This document shows, piece by piece, positions 40,051 through 52,945 of a DNA stretch of 64,000 bases (position 1 is its first letter; every line of letters begins with the position of its first letter). The DNA comes from Octopus vulgaris (Eukaryota). Both the position numbers and the translations under genes were made by a program. Below the pieces are notes generated by a model. It was not told where the DNA came from, did no database searches, and saw nothing but the letters and a program-made list of their open reading frames with translations. Location of the stretch: the NCBI GenBank assembly GCA_951406725.2, contig OX597834.1:12214001-12278000 (forward strand). The letters run 5' to 3'.

Positions 40051-42224
40051 TATCCAAGATCATTTCTCACGAAGAAGAGTATAACGAAACAATAATTTTC
40101 GGTCGTGAAATTGCTGTGGGGTTTTAAGTATTTCACAGTGGAGCCAAGTAATGGGCTGTTCGGACCCAATGCGGGATAAATTGGACATGTATCTTCTATT
40201 TGGATTTAGATTGACCGATATCTTATGAGTAAAATTAGGAGACGGAAGCCTGTAAAATAAATATTTCTATATTCAGATATATGAATGTGCATTTGTGATG
40301 CGAGTGTATCAGTGTGTGAGTTTGTATGATTGTTTGTGTATCTTTATATTGGATCTGTTGGAAACATAAACGATATCGTTCTTCCTATCTCGTATTTTAG
40401 AATTTCAATAAACGCATATCGATAAAATAGTTCCCAAATTATTTAATCACTTGGCATCGATGAGACGAAAGATAAGTATTCAAGTCTATGCTCCAGCATG
40501 ACCGCATATTAATAAGTAAAAAGAGGAAAAGTACATTACTCCACTTTCAGTTACAGTATATCTTGAACTACAGTCTTCAATATGTCCTATTTGGATTATA
40601 TAATTTAAGGAAAATGTAGCTGCTATTTCTAAAAGGTCGTGTGCACGTTGTTAAAGATGTTGTGAATATCCAAGTGAATATTTATTGATTTTTTCAGAAG
40701 AACATTATACGTTGGTAACATGTAAGAATTTAAAGCTTTTTGAGAAGCTATTCATTCCAGTCTGACATTCAACGAGATAACATACATTTTTGTTTCGGGT
40801 AGTGAATGTGTTTTTTTTTCTTCTTTTATACGTTTGAACCATAACGATAAGGAACTGATCAATATTCTCATTCCAATTTGCCATGTTCACTTTCAACGGT
40901 AAAGGCTATATAGTTGGAGTTCATACATTATTAAACATACGATCCAAAGGAATGCTATTTGACCTGAACCTCGAGAGATGTAACAAAGAAGCCTGTAAGT
41001 GGTTATTCGATCTCTAAAGCAGTAACCTTCACTCATTCACATTATATACTACCGTCTTAAAATGTAAGGACAAATTTGGTACTATATTTATTGACAGTCT
41101 GTCTGAGAACTAATAGATCAAGAACAAAACCAACGAGAATGCACTGACTTGGTTTTAAAGCATTTTTATGTCTTACCGATCAAGGCAAATCTGGCCGGAA
41201 AAAAAAAACATCAATACCCTTTAAATCACCAACACACTTTTCCTCACATCGAATTTAGATGTTCTTGTGCGCCTTCGATCTAGTCTCTTTCTGCCTTTGT
41301 TTCAGCCTATAATATTCTTGCATTTCATTCTTCCCTGACATTTACCTGAACCTCTCGTCCTCTTTAAGATGGTGTCTATTCATTATGCCCCTCCTTTGCC
41401 TCCCAAAACGCCTATTATTTGAAATACATTTCATAATCTCTTCCATCTGTCTTCATCGATTTACACATTTTCTATAGCCACCACATCAATACCACATTCA
41501 TTGGACAGAGTGTTAGGAGTATATCCTCTCACCTCTGTACTAAAACATCAAAATACATACACGAAAATAGAATAAAATGAAATAACAAAGAAGACAGAAA
41601 AGAAAAGATTAAAAAACTATAAAACCGAGATGGCAGAGGTATGGATAACACTACCTTATGATAGGAAGATTAAAAATGAAGCCGAATTTGCATTAGGGAT
41701 TTAGGAATAACTTTTTCTATATTTCTTTCTCAATGCTTCTATCTGACAGAAATAGGTGTAAGGTTGCCTGTAAATATTCATTGTGAAATATTTATAGAGA
41801 TATTTATCTCAAGCATCTTTTCTCACCATCTGAGACATAAGAGCATGGACGACCACATATTTCAACTACAACACAATCCATATACCATGTTATTTGTAGC
41901 TGTTTCTTTTCACTGTATGCACGATCTTCACCTTTTTTCGATAAACGTATCTCTATCTCTAACACTTAAGGTATTACGGTATTACATCAGTTTTTTTTAA
42001 CAATATAATTGAATTTAAAGAAAATGATGCTAATTTTAAAATTCTTCTAAAACTAATAGGAGAGCACTGTTAAACTTTGGAACAACGGAATTCTACGGGA
42101 ATCAGTAAGGAGCATTAAATAGACAAAAGATCTCTCAATATCCTGTTATTTTGTTTTATTTACACGTGAGCCAACTGAAGTTGTTACGCGGTACACATTT
42201 TGCTGCGGTGGATTTCTGAAAATA

Positions 42225-42403
42225 TCAGAAAAACAAGGTTGCAAGACGCAACGAAAATTTTAGAAAATAAAATATAAGAAATAAGTGGAAATTTTAGGGG
42301 TGAGTGTGTTAAAAGAGAATGACTCTCCCCAGACACAACAGAATATGCTTCAACACACGAACTCATATAAAGAATCTTGCAAATCAAATCCAAAAACGAA
42401 ATT
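42225..42403 (+). mobile_element. Penelope-type repeat with the 3' half of a hammerhead-like motif
   Basis: GTTGC aagac GCAAC-GAAA-attt-TA, followed by the segment shared with 3558 and 59005. Confidence 0.55.
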
Positions 42404-42501
42404 TAAGTGACTCATTTTACAATAAAGTTGTGAACCTGGAATCTAAAATTTCTGAAAGCTATTAACTTTTCTAGTCGGAGATTTTCGATGTTTTCATTCA
42501 A

Positions 42502-42722
42502 CCCTTTCGTTACCAACCCGGTTGAAACCGGCTCTGGCTCTGTAGTACAAATGTCTTCTTTCATAAGTTTTAAATTAAAATCTTCCACCAAACCGTAGTC
42601 ACAATTTATGTTCCTAACACTAGCTGAATGATAACTAAGTTATTTTAATAAATTCTTTGTAATATTTAAAATTAATTGAAAGAACCACAGAACAGCTCAA
42701 CTGCAATATGGTAACAAAGGGG
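42502..42722. mobile_element. piggyBac-type MITE
   Basis: TIRs ccctttcgttacca and tggtaacaaagggg. Flanks are tcaa (mutated TTAA) and TTAA. Confidence 0.8.
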
Positions 42723-43624
42723 TTAATGCCGCAGACACTGGAATTAAATGTCGCCTCTAGCTACCTGGTATAATTAACTCGTATTTAACAGGTATCAAGA
42801 AGAATACACCTACGCCGTCTGTCACCCTGCTATGTGTATCTTTCTTTTCACATAACGTACTTTTAAACAAGGATGTACATATTAGAATATATAGTTCAAG
42901 AAAGCTATTTGTAAACTAAAATACATGGGGAATGTCTGGAGGGTTTTTGATCAGTTATATATCAGAATTACTTAAATAACATTATTAAGCGAATATCTTT
43001 TAAATAAGAACTGCAAAACGCCTCGCAGTTTCCTTTTATTAAGTATGTATATTTGGTGTTGAGGTAGTCACTAGAATATTTAAATTGACATCAGTGTCCT
43101 ATATTTTCTTCCTTTTATTCATATTCTCCTGTGAATGAATTCTTATCGGAATCTCCATCAGAACATTAATTTTAAAATAGATTTTATTTTCTGCATACAA
43201 ATATATATTTTGTTCTTGATTTTACGAACCTCCATTTCTGAATTAGATGTATTGAATTTGTTTGCAGACTAAATTGTTATAACATTTTTATCGTGTGGCT
43301 GCTAACAACAGATTAGCTTTATATAGTCTAAATACGAGTCCTTATCACACATTCTTGCCAAGTTCCCGCTGGCAATAATATATCGCGCTTTGACGTGTTA
43401 CCATCAAAATGGCTGACATGAACAATTTGACAGCGAAATAGTTTAGCCTCAATATCGTTCATAATTTGGCTAAATCAAACCATATTATAATAACCTTAAC
43501 CGCTTTCAATTACTGTTCTGAGTGTTCACTTCTCTGCCAAGATTCATAATTTTATCAACCGTCAGAAATATATGTCAATGATAGGCGCAAGCGAAATTGT
43601 TCAGTAAGATATATATATATATAG

Positions 43625-43828
43625 ACTCTTTTACTTGTTTCAGTCATTTGACTGCGGCCATGCTGGAGCACCGCCTTTAGTCGAGCAAATCGACCCCGGG
43701 ATTTATTCTTTGTAAGCCCAGTACTTATTCATCGGTCTCTTTTGCCGAACCGCTAAGTAACGGGGACATAAACACACCAGCATCGGTTGTCAAGCAATGC
43801 TAGGGGGACAAACACAAACATATACACA

Positions 43829-43874
<46 letters not shown>

Positions 43875-44039
43875 CACACGACAGGCTTCTTTCAGTTTCC
43901 GTCTACCAAATTCACTCACAAGGCATTGGTCGGCCCGGGGCTATAGCAGAAGACACTTGCCCAAGATTCCACGCAGCGGGACTGAACCCGGAACCATGCG
44001 GTTGGTTAGCAAGCTACTTACCACATAGCCACTCCTGTG

Positions 44040-44043
<4 letters not shown>
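43625..44043 (-). mobile_element. SINE family A, full length, inserted in (TA)n
   Basis: Complete copy. Confidence 0.92.
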
Positions 44044-44096
<53 letters not shown>

Positions 44097-44261
44097 CAAG
44101 GTATGAATAATTGTCATTATATATTCTACAGTAATTAGAGTAAATTTGGCTTACAGCTGTTTCTAGTAGTCATTATAAATTTGTTATTATTGACGCAGGA
44201 GAGGCTGTGTGATAAGCAGCTTTCTTACCAACCACATAGATTAAAATATTATTTACATACT

Positions 44262-44450
44262 AAATTTAAAGGACTGGCCACTAAAAGTGGACGGTCAATA
44301 TGCTAGATATAGACGTCAAAATCGCTATTTTCCACGAAGAAACATGAATGAGTTTTTTCTTGAGAACACATTCTTCGTGGAAAATAGCGATTTTGACGTC
44401 TATATCTAGCATATTGACCGTCCACTTTTAGTGGTCAGTCCTTTAAATTT
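44262..44450. repeat. Near-perfect hairpin with 80-bp arms and a 29-nt spacer
   Basis: 44262-44341 versus 44371-44450; I found one mismatch. Confidence 0.92.
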
Positions 44451-44767
44451 TGTGTATATATATATATATATATATATATAATCAGTTGGAAGTTAAGTCC
44501 TCATTAGGGATTAAATAATCCAAATATTTCACCGGTTAATCTCTCTCATATAAGGAGACAATCTCGGCGATACGTTAGGGATTATTATAGTAATACATAT
44601 TGTTAATAAGGAAAGAGAATGGATATTTATGGATGTATAAATTATTCAATTGTCAATAAACCTCCTGAAAATATAAACCAAACCCAGATATCTAAGCTGA
44701 TGAAAAGCAAACATAAATCATTATACGGTTATGGCAGTCAATAATGAAACTTCAGCTTGTCGATGTA

Positions 44768-45223
44768 TCTTCTCTATATATAAAAAGCAGGCTGTCTGTG
44801 TGTCTGTCAGGTTGTACCCTCACCCTGACCACGGCTTTCAACCGATTCTGATGAAACTTGACACACACACATAGCCCGATGTCATAATTCAAAACTAATG
44901 CAGCGAAAATTTTGAAAAGTTCCCCCAGTTCTGAAAAAATCGATAAATTCGACATGGGGTCGAGAATCTAAGCTTTTTATATGCAACACATTTTCTGGGC
45001 TGTACGTGGGCTGTTCACACGTTGGGAGGTGCAATGATGTTTTCATGTTTTCGCCCAAAGGAACAGCTAGGAACATCGTATACACAGAAGTATTCGAGTG
45101 AAGAGAAGACATTGCAACCTACACATGCGCCTTCTTTCCCTCGAAGGAAAGGACTAGATTGGGATTAGTCGTTGCCTACTAGGGGCTCTTACATACCCGG
45201 GCAACGCCGGGCTATGCTGCTAG
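44768..45223 (+). mobile_element. Non-autonomous Helitron retaining the Rep/Hel (PIF1) C-terminus
   Basis: A|TC start; cccgggcaacgccggg hairpin and CTAG|T end. 44997-45101 translates GLYVGCSHVGRCNDVFMFSPKGTARNIVYTEVFE*. Confidence 0.88.
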
Positions 45224-45479
45224 TATCATATAAATAGACAAAGCTGCCTCAGACTAGGAGTTTAGAATCTCAAAGGAAATGCTACGGTGGATAATATAGC
45301 ACTAGGTTCCTCCACCCGAAGACAGAAAGAATTGGAGAGCCTGTAATAATTTTGATGGTAGCCCTGCAGAGCTAACTTGGGATTAAACAATAGATGCTTA
45401 AATAATATAGACATACTCGTATAAAGAGAGACGCAAAAGATTTTCAAGCACATGCGCGTGCGCAAACACACAGTCCCAT

Positions 45480-45509
45480 ATACTTACATAAACATTTATG
45501 CATATATGC

Positions 45510-45549
<40 letters not shown>

Positions 45550-45826
45550 ATACATATCTATATCTATATATGCATATATATATACGCATATATATATATA
45601 CATACATATCTATATCTATATATGCATATATATATACGCATATATATATATACATACATATCTATATCTATATATGCATATATATATACATATCTATATA
45701 TATATACATATATATATATGCATATATATATGTATATACATGTATATACATATATGTGCTTGTATATATATATATGTATGCATATATATATATGCATAAA
45801 CACACATACATATATATATATACATA

Positions 45827-45870
<44 letters not shown>

Positions 45871-45930
45871 TGTGCTTGTATATATATGTATGCAGATATT
45901 TATGCTTAAACACACATACATACATACATA

Positions 45931-45960
<30 letters not shown>
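45480..45960. repeat. Compound TA-rich microsatellite with ~52-bp higher-order duplications
   Basis: Direct inspection. Confidence 0.9.
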
Positions 45961-45964
<4 letters not shown>

Positions 45965-46228
45965 TAATTTGCGAGAAGGCGTTTTATGGCGTTTGATGTA
46001 TTGACATAGGATTTAGCTAATGTCGATAAACAGTAGGTCAATACGAGCCAATTTATGTGGAAACTAATTTAAACAATCTATAATCGTTGGACACGTCTAT
46101 CAAAGCTCGCTTAAGAAGACGGCTTCATCATACTTTTGTTTTATTTCACTTGAGATTTGAATATTACATAAACATATGTATACATCGATACTTACATGAA
46201 TATACACATATCTATGTGTATATATATA

Positions 46229-46450
46229 TATTTCTTTATTGCCCACAAGGGGCTAAACATAGAGGGGAGAAACAAGGACAGACAAAGCGATTGAGTCGAC
46301 CCCAGTGCATAACTGGTACTCTCTTATCGACCCCAGATGGATGAAAGGCAAAGTTGACCTCGGCGGAATTTGAACTCAGAACGTAGCGACAGACGAAATA
46401 CTGCTGAGCATTTCGCCCGGCGTGCTAACGATTCTGCCAGCTCGCTGCCG
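46229..46450 (-). mobile_element. SINE family B, full length
   Basis: Reverse complement of the family B consensus. Confidence 0.9.
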
Positions 46451-46974
46451 AAAATCTATGTGTATATATGTATGTATGTATGTGTGTCTGTCACTATGTC
46501 TGTATGCAATGGATGTGTATGTTTCTTGTGTATGAATTTTGTGTTCGAAGTTCTCTGTGTATGCTACATACACATATAGGCTGAATTTAGTAATGCAGTT
46601 TTAGGTGTAGAGTGAATCGTTAGATTTTTATGTTTGCAGTTATTTGGAGGGTCCAAAATGCTGAACAGGTGCGATATCGGATTAAAGGATCTACTTATGG
46701 GGACCTCAACTAAATTTGTTCGGTCAAAACTAAACACATTTCCCTGTATGTACAGTTTACATCCGAGAGCAGTTACCGACGTATCATTGTTGCATTAAAG
46801 TGTCTCTCTTAGTTTGTGGCATGTAACGAAAGCATGTATCGTGTTTCCACTTAGAAGAGCCTCATATAATGAGCGCCAGTTTGGATTTGTGATGTGGTAT
46901 TCATTTTCATTGTGTTACTTGCTAAGGATTGATCACTGTTGTCTAGGACGATACATTTGCAATCTATAAAGTGT

Positions 46975-47263
46975 GGAGGCACTTGGGCTAGTGAATAGAG
47001 CAGCGGATTCGTGGTCGAGGGATTGCGGGTTCGATTCTCAGACCGGGAGATGAGTGTGTTTATGAGCGAAACACCTAAGCTCCACGGAGCTCCGGTAGAA
47101 GGTAATGGCGAAACTTCTGCTGACTCTTTCGCCACAAATTTCTCTCACTCACTCCTCCTGCATCTTGCAGCTCACCTGCGATGGACTGCCGTCCCATGCA
47201 GGTGGGGAACCTATACACCAATGAAACCGGCCCTTATGAGCCAGGCGTGGCTCGAGAAGGAAC
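46975..47263 (+). mobile_element. SINE with a family-C head and a different 3' half
   Basis: The head aligns to 19899. The 3' part cacctgcgatggactgccgtcccatgcagg...gaaaccggcccttatgagcc is not shared with that copy. Confidence 0.75.
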
Positions 47264-47510
47264 AGAAATGTGTAAAGGTCATGCATTTGACTTAATAATA
47301 TTCAATTACTTTTGTACAATGTCTAGTAAATCACTCTAGAGATCTGATTCTACAAATTGAAACAATATCAACCATCAACATACGTTTGTCCTTTTGTATT
47401 GCCTTACTGGCCGTTCTTTACGATCACTTTTAAAAGACCATGGAAGTAAGTTGTATATCGGAACATTAAAATCCAAGTAAGATAACTGTCAAACGTAGGT
47501 AATTAGCATC

Positions 47511-48324
47511 ATATGTCTTCTACAAAAACATGCAGCTAGTATTTCGTTACATATGCAGGAAATATGGCAATTAATGTGCGTCAGGGGGCGGAATGAAGTG
47601 GTTATTTACACAGTTCGTGGCTCAGTTCGCTTAGCTGTGAATATGTACTGGAATACGAGATGAAGAGAATGCTGTAAGATGCCACTGCTGAATAATATGA
47701 GTAGCATTAGGTTACTCTTTACTCTTTTACTTGTTTCAGTCATTTGACTGCGGCCATGCTGGAGTACCGCCTTTAGTCGAGCATCTCGACCGCGGGACTT
47801 AATCTTTGTAAGCCCAGTACTTATTCTATTGGTCTCTTTTGCCGAACCGCTAAGTGACGGGGACATAAACACACCAGCATCGGGTGTCAAGCAATGCTAG
47901 GGGGACAAACACAGACACAAACATACACGCACGCACACACATATATATATATATATACAACGGGCTTCTTTCAGTTTTCGTCTACCAAATCCACTCACAC
48001 AGCATTGGTCGGCCCGAGGCTATCGTAGAAGACACTTGCCCAAGGTGCCACGCAGTGGGACTGAACCCGGAACCATGTAGTTGGTAAGCAAGCTACTTAC
48101 CACACAGCCACTCCTGCGCCTATATGTCTTCTACAAAAACATGCAGCTAGTATTTCGTTACATGTGCAGGAAATATGGGAATTAATGTGCATCAGGTGGC
48201 GAAATGAAATCGTTACTTACACCCTTCGTGGCTCAGTTCTCTTAGCTTTCAATATGTACTGGAATACGAGATGACGAGAATGCTGTAAGATGCCACTGCT
48301 GAATAATATGAGTAGCATTAGGTT
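47511..48324. repeat. 203-bp direct repeats (47511-47713 and 48122-48324)
   Basis: atatgtcttctacaaaaacatgcagc...gaataatatgagtagcattaggtt occurs on both sides of the SINE. Confidence 0.95.
47714..48121 (-). mobile_element. SINE family A, full length
   Basis: Complete copy lying exactly between two 203-bp direct repeats. Confidence 0.93.
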
Positions 48325-49474
48325 GCATCTCTTCAATTTCGATTGCATTTTCGAAAGCATTTAAATTCACTGAAGGTGTAATATGGATCTAGTGTATATT
48401 TAACTCTGCTTTCTATGCACGGCACATGATGCTTTCTGTGCATTCAAATGTGCAGAGGTGACCAAAGCTTCATTAGCTAACTCACTTCAAAAGATGTTTT
48501 ACGGCAGAAATATTGCGAAAGTATATTGGAGGCGAAAGTATTCTAAGATATCTACTTTCTTTATGTTTTATTATTAAGAATTCTATATATTTAAAGAGAT
48601 TTGGTGGGTTTATAAATCACCGAGATCTAGCTGAAAATTCTTCAAATATGGAGACTACGATTCTAAAATCTTGAAATGATAAATGCTTGATAATGAATAG
48701 TACCATCGTTTGATTGTTCTCTTGGATATGAGCAGCGTGGATGAACATCTTCCACCCGGATTCAGCTTACGTATTTTGTACACCTCTTCTTGTAGTACGT
48801 ATTACAATACATTTTGGTGAAGCATTATACGACTTCAGTTCGACTCAAGTTTGACATTAATTCACATATTTCCTGCATATGTAAATACATATATCGCACA
48901 TACGTATACATACATACGTACATATATTATGGCTGCAAGCTGGTATTCGAATGTTGCCATTGCTAACAGGATAAACGGTCTGAAACAGGATAACGGAACG
49001 GAAAACACCCACAGATGAAGTTGACTATATTGAGACCGATGTGACAAGGAATAATGGCGAAATATAAAAAATGAAACAGCTATTAAGTTAAAACAGAACC
49101 GGACAGACGTCGTCGTGTGGAATCATAAGGAAAACACATTTTGTTATGAAATTCATCACCACTCTAGATACCAATGCGGCTTCAAATATACAAGAGAAGA
49201 AACGTCTAAGTACCCGCAATACACTTCCAGCTCCATACATATGATTGGTGAAACAGGATATATAACAACTAGTCTGGATGAAAATATTGCTGAAGCTATG
49301 TTCCTCCGGAAAAACAATGTAAATCCTCAGTTCGTACTCTACAATGGATCACGATGACTTGGACTAAATAAATCTGCTAGATTTTCTTAAGGCTTACAGT
49401 ATTTTGAACAAAAGAAGATGCTTTCTTGGACAACCTTGCACCCAAGTAGGAAGGCGTTCAAAATTTATAGTAAA

Positions 49475-50132
49475 CTAGCGGTATCGCCCGGCGTTGCTCG
49501 GGTTTGTAAGGGAAATAACTATATAAGCATTTTTAGAGATGTAAAGTATAATAGCCATCTCAATATGGTTAACCACAAAGGGGGGGGGGTTTACTGTAGC
49601 TTTTTACGTTCTAAGATTTAATAATAAAATTTTAGAGAGTTACTTCACTTGTATATGCCAAAAATGCATTAAAAATGGGAAAAATTGATGGTAAATTATT
49701 TTTTAAATCATAGACTCATCGTAGACGCGCGCTAATACCCAGAAGGGTATATAAAAGTGAGGTTGTGTGCTGTCTGTCTCCTACGATTTATATTCCTTAC
49801 TCCCACATTTTGCGGTGCAGTTTAACCGAAACCGGGTATCTTATAGTCGTGATTCATATCGAGCCCTTCTGTGTATGTAGCGCGCGTCTACGATGAGTCT
49901 ACGATTTAAAAAATAATTTACCATCAATTTTTCCCATTTTTAATGCATTTTTGGCATATATAAGGGAAGTAACTCTAAACATTTATTATTAAATCTCAGA
50001 ACGTAAAAAACTATAGTAACACCCCCCCTTTGTGGTTAGCCATATTGAGATGGCTATTATACTTTACAACTCTAAAAATGCTTATATAGTTATTTCCCTA
50101 CACATCCGAGCAACGCCGGGCGATACTGCTAG
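49475..50132. mobile_element. Back-to-back Helitron palindrome (arms 49475-49747 and 49864-50132)
   Basis: Both outer ends are Helitron 3' termini (gagcaacgccgggcgatac.gCTAG|T). The centre is a Helitron 5' region lacking the TC start. Confidence 0.88.
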
Positions 50133-50569
50133 TGTATATATATGTTTGTGTATGGCCTGTTTCCTCCCTATTCTGAAATATATAATTCGTTATGTTTCCA
50201 ACACGCTTTATCTCCATGCATACATAATATAAGACACTGTGAGCTCTATATTTCTTTCCAACCCATGCAGCAATCTTTATTTCCGCCTGCCATGCCTATA
50301 TCTTTAGGGTTTCATTCTTTAACGAAAGTAACCTGACATTATTTCGTAGTTCTCGTAGCGTTCTTCCATTCTTCTGCATGATTAATTTCACATCTGTTAT
50401 CTTAAATTCTCTCTCAAATGAGTACGTATACAAGACTGTATCACACAAGCAAATTTACACTTATTTAATTATATGGTACGTTAATCTGTGAGTGTTTACG
50501 TTGCCTTTGACATTATACAGTAAACGTACATGCATCTACGTATATGTGTGCATGTCTGTCTGTCTGTCT

Positions 50570-50570
50570 G

Positions 50571-50601
<31 letters not shown>

Positions 50602-51030
50602 ATAATATTTATATAGATACCATATATATATATACCACATATATATATGTATATATATACATACATGTACTTATATATACATATATATACATATACATAC
50701 ATGTACTTATATATACATACATATATATATACATACATATATATATATACATATATATATACATACATATATATATATACATATATATATACATACATAT
50801 ATATATATACATACATATACACATGTATATATACTTACATATATACATATATATACACACATAGATATACACACATGCATATATATACACATATATACAC
50901 ATATGCATATATATACACATATGCCTATATATACATATATATATACATACATATATACACATGCCTATATATACATACATACATATATACATACATATAT
51001 ACATACATACATATATAAATATATATATAT
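50570..51030. repeat. (TA)n/(CATA)n microsatellite
   Basis: Direct inspection. Confidence 0.95.
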
Positions 51031-51292
51031 ATCAAATATTAGGACTGCTACTACCTGTTAACTACTACCAACCCATCACGAATTTAAAAAAGAGACAGAG
51101 ACAGACACACAAAAAAAGGAGAATCTCCCTTGCATTTGGAAACTATGGAAATATTTTTAAAAATGCATTTCAATCCTTCCACAATATCATTGTTTTTTAT
51201 GTTTAACTCTAAGTTGAAAAAGTCGCAAAGTTTAAAATCATTACTACATCATTGTTCATGATAACATTATTTTTGGATTTTCTACCTTGCCT

Positions 51293-51505
51293 TACTCTCT
51301 TTACTCTTTTACTTGTCTCAGTCATTTGACTGCGGCCATGCTGGAGCACCGCCTTTTAGTCGAGCAACTCGACCCCGGGACTTATTCTTTGTAAGCCTAG
51401 TACTTATTCTATCGGTCTCTTTTGCCGAACCGCTAAGTAACGGGGACGTAAACATACCAGCATCGGTTGTCAAGCGATGTTGGGTGGACAAAGACAGACG
51501 CACAA

Positions 51506-51536
<31 letters not shown>

Positions 51537-51700
51537 CGACAGGCTTCTTTCAGTTTCCGTCTACCAAATCCACTCACGAGGCTTTGGTCGGCCCGAGGCT
51601 ATATTAGAAGACACTTGCCCAAGGTGCCACGCAGTGGGACTGAACCCAGAACTGTGTGGTTGGTAAGCAAGCTACTTACCACACAGCCACTCCTACGCCT
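51293..51700 (-). mobile_element. SINE family A, full length
   Basis: Complete copy. Confidence 0.92.
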
Positions 51701-51970
51701 TATTTTCCTTATATATATATAAGATTTTTATGCGTAAAAATAGTGATAGAAATGAGAAAGTGTGAGCAATTTCACAAAAACTTCGGTTACCGGAATCATT
51801 CAAACACTCATACGCGTAAATATCTATATCATCCTCTATTACAACTATCGGAACGTCAGTTGATTTGCTGACATTGTTATTGCTCGACTTCGATGAATAT
51901 AACGCCCAGGTAATTATATTTCCGTGCATGAATATATTCGTTACTGCTTTTCCACATATTACACACACTT

Positions 51971-52394
51971 AGGCGCTGGAGTGGCTGTGTGGTAAGTAGC
52001 TTGCTAACCAACCACATGGTTCCGGGTTTAAGTCCCACTGCGTGGCATCTTAGGTAAGTGTCTTCTGCATTAGCTCCGGGCCGACAAATGCCTTGTGAGT
52101 GGATTTGGTAGACGGAAACTGAAAGAAGCCTGTCGTATATATGTATAAATATATATATAAGTGTGTGTGTATATGTTTGTGTGTCTGTGTTTGACCCCCT
52201 AGCATTGCTTGACAACAGATGCTGGTGTGTTTACGTCCCCGTCAATTAGCGGTTCGGCAAAAGAGACCGATAGAATAAGTACTGGGTTTACAAAGAATTA
52301 GTCCCGGGGTCGATTTGCTCGACTAAAGGCTGTGCTCCAGCATGGCCGCAGTCAAATGACTGAAACAAGTAAAAGAGTAAAAGAGAGAGAGAGT
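51971..52394 (+). mobile_element. SINE family A, full length
   Basis: Complete copy, head-to-head with 51293-51700. Confidence 0.92.
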
Positions 52395-52584
52395 ATATAT
52401 TAAGCGTGTATACACACACACACGAATGTCCTATATGTTTGTAAAGACACACGGAAACCCACACACGTGGACATTTATGAGGTGCCTCTTTCATGATTTA
52501 ATGTGTGCGCGTGTGCACATTATAGATATAAAAATGTAATTATGTATTAAACGTGCGTATGTATGTATGTATGTATGTATGTAT

Positions 52585-52707
52585 ATAAACACACACATAC
52601 GCATATATATACATATATTTGTATACATATATAAAAATTTATCTAGCTTTTTATGTGTTTGTATATATGTATTATATACATACATAATATATCTATATAT
52701 ATGTATG

Positions 52708-52745
<38 letters not shown>

Positions 52746-52945
52746 CATAATCTATCTATATATGCATATATAAATATATAAACACACACACGCATATCTA
52801 TACATATATTTGTATACATATATAAAAATTTATCTAGCTTTTTATGTGTGTTTGCATATATGTATTATATACATACATAATATATCTATATATGTATGTA
52901 TGTATATATATATATATACATAATCTATCTATCTATCTATATATA
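52585..52945. repeat. ~190-bp tandem duplication of microsatellite-rich sequence
   Basis: catatatttgtatacatatataaaaatttatctagctttttatgtgt occurs near 52612 and 52803. Confidence 0.85.

Noticed and set aside
44690-44760. Canonical hammerhead at CTGATGA...GAAAC
   Set aside because: I could not identify a clear stem II or a UH cleavage site, so it is noted only as possible debris.
47605-47645. miRNA-like hairpin containing tggctcagttc (miR-24-like)
   Set aside because: The match is short, the stem is poor, and it is not preserved in the duplicate copy.
51313-51722. Recurrent ORFs such as RQASFSFRLPNPLTR and LLSVSVYQIHSQG
   Set aside because: These are antisense translations of SINE A, not a gene family.
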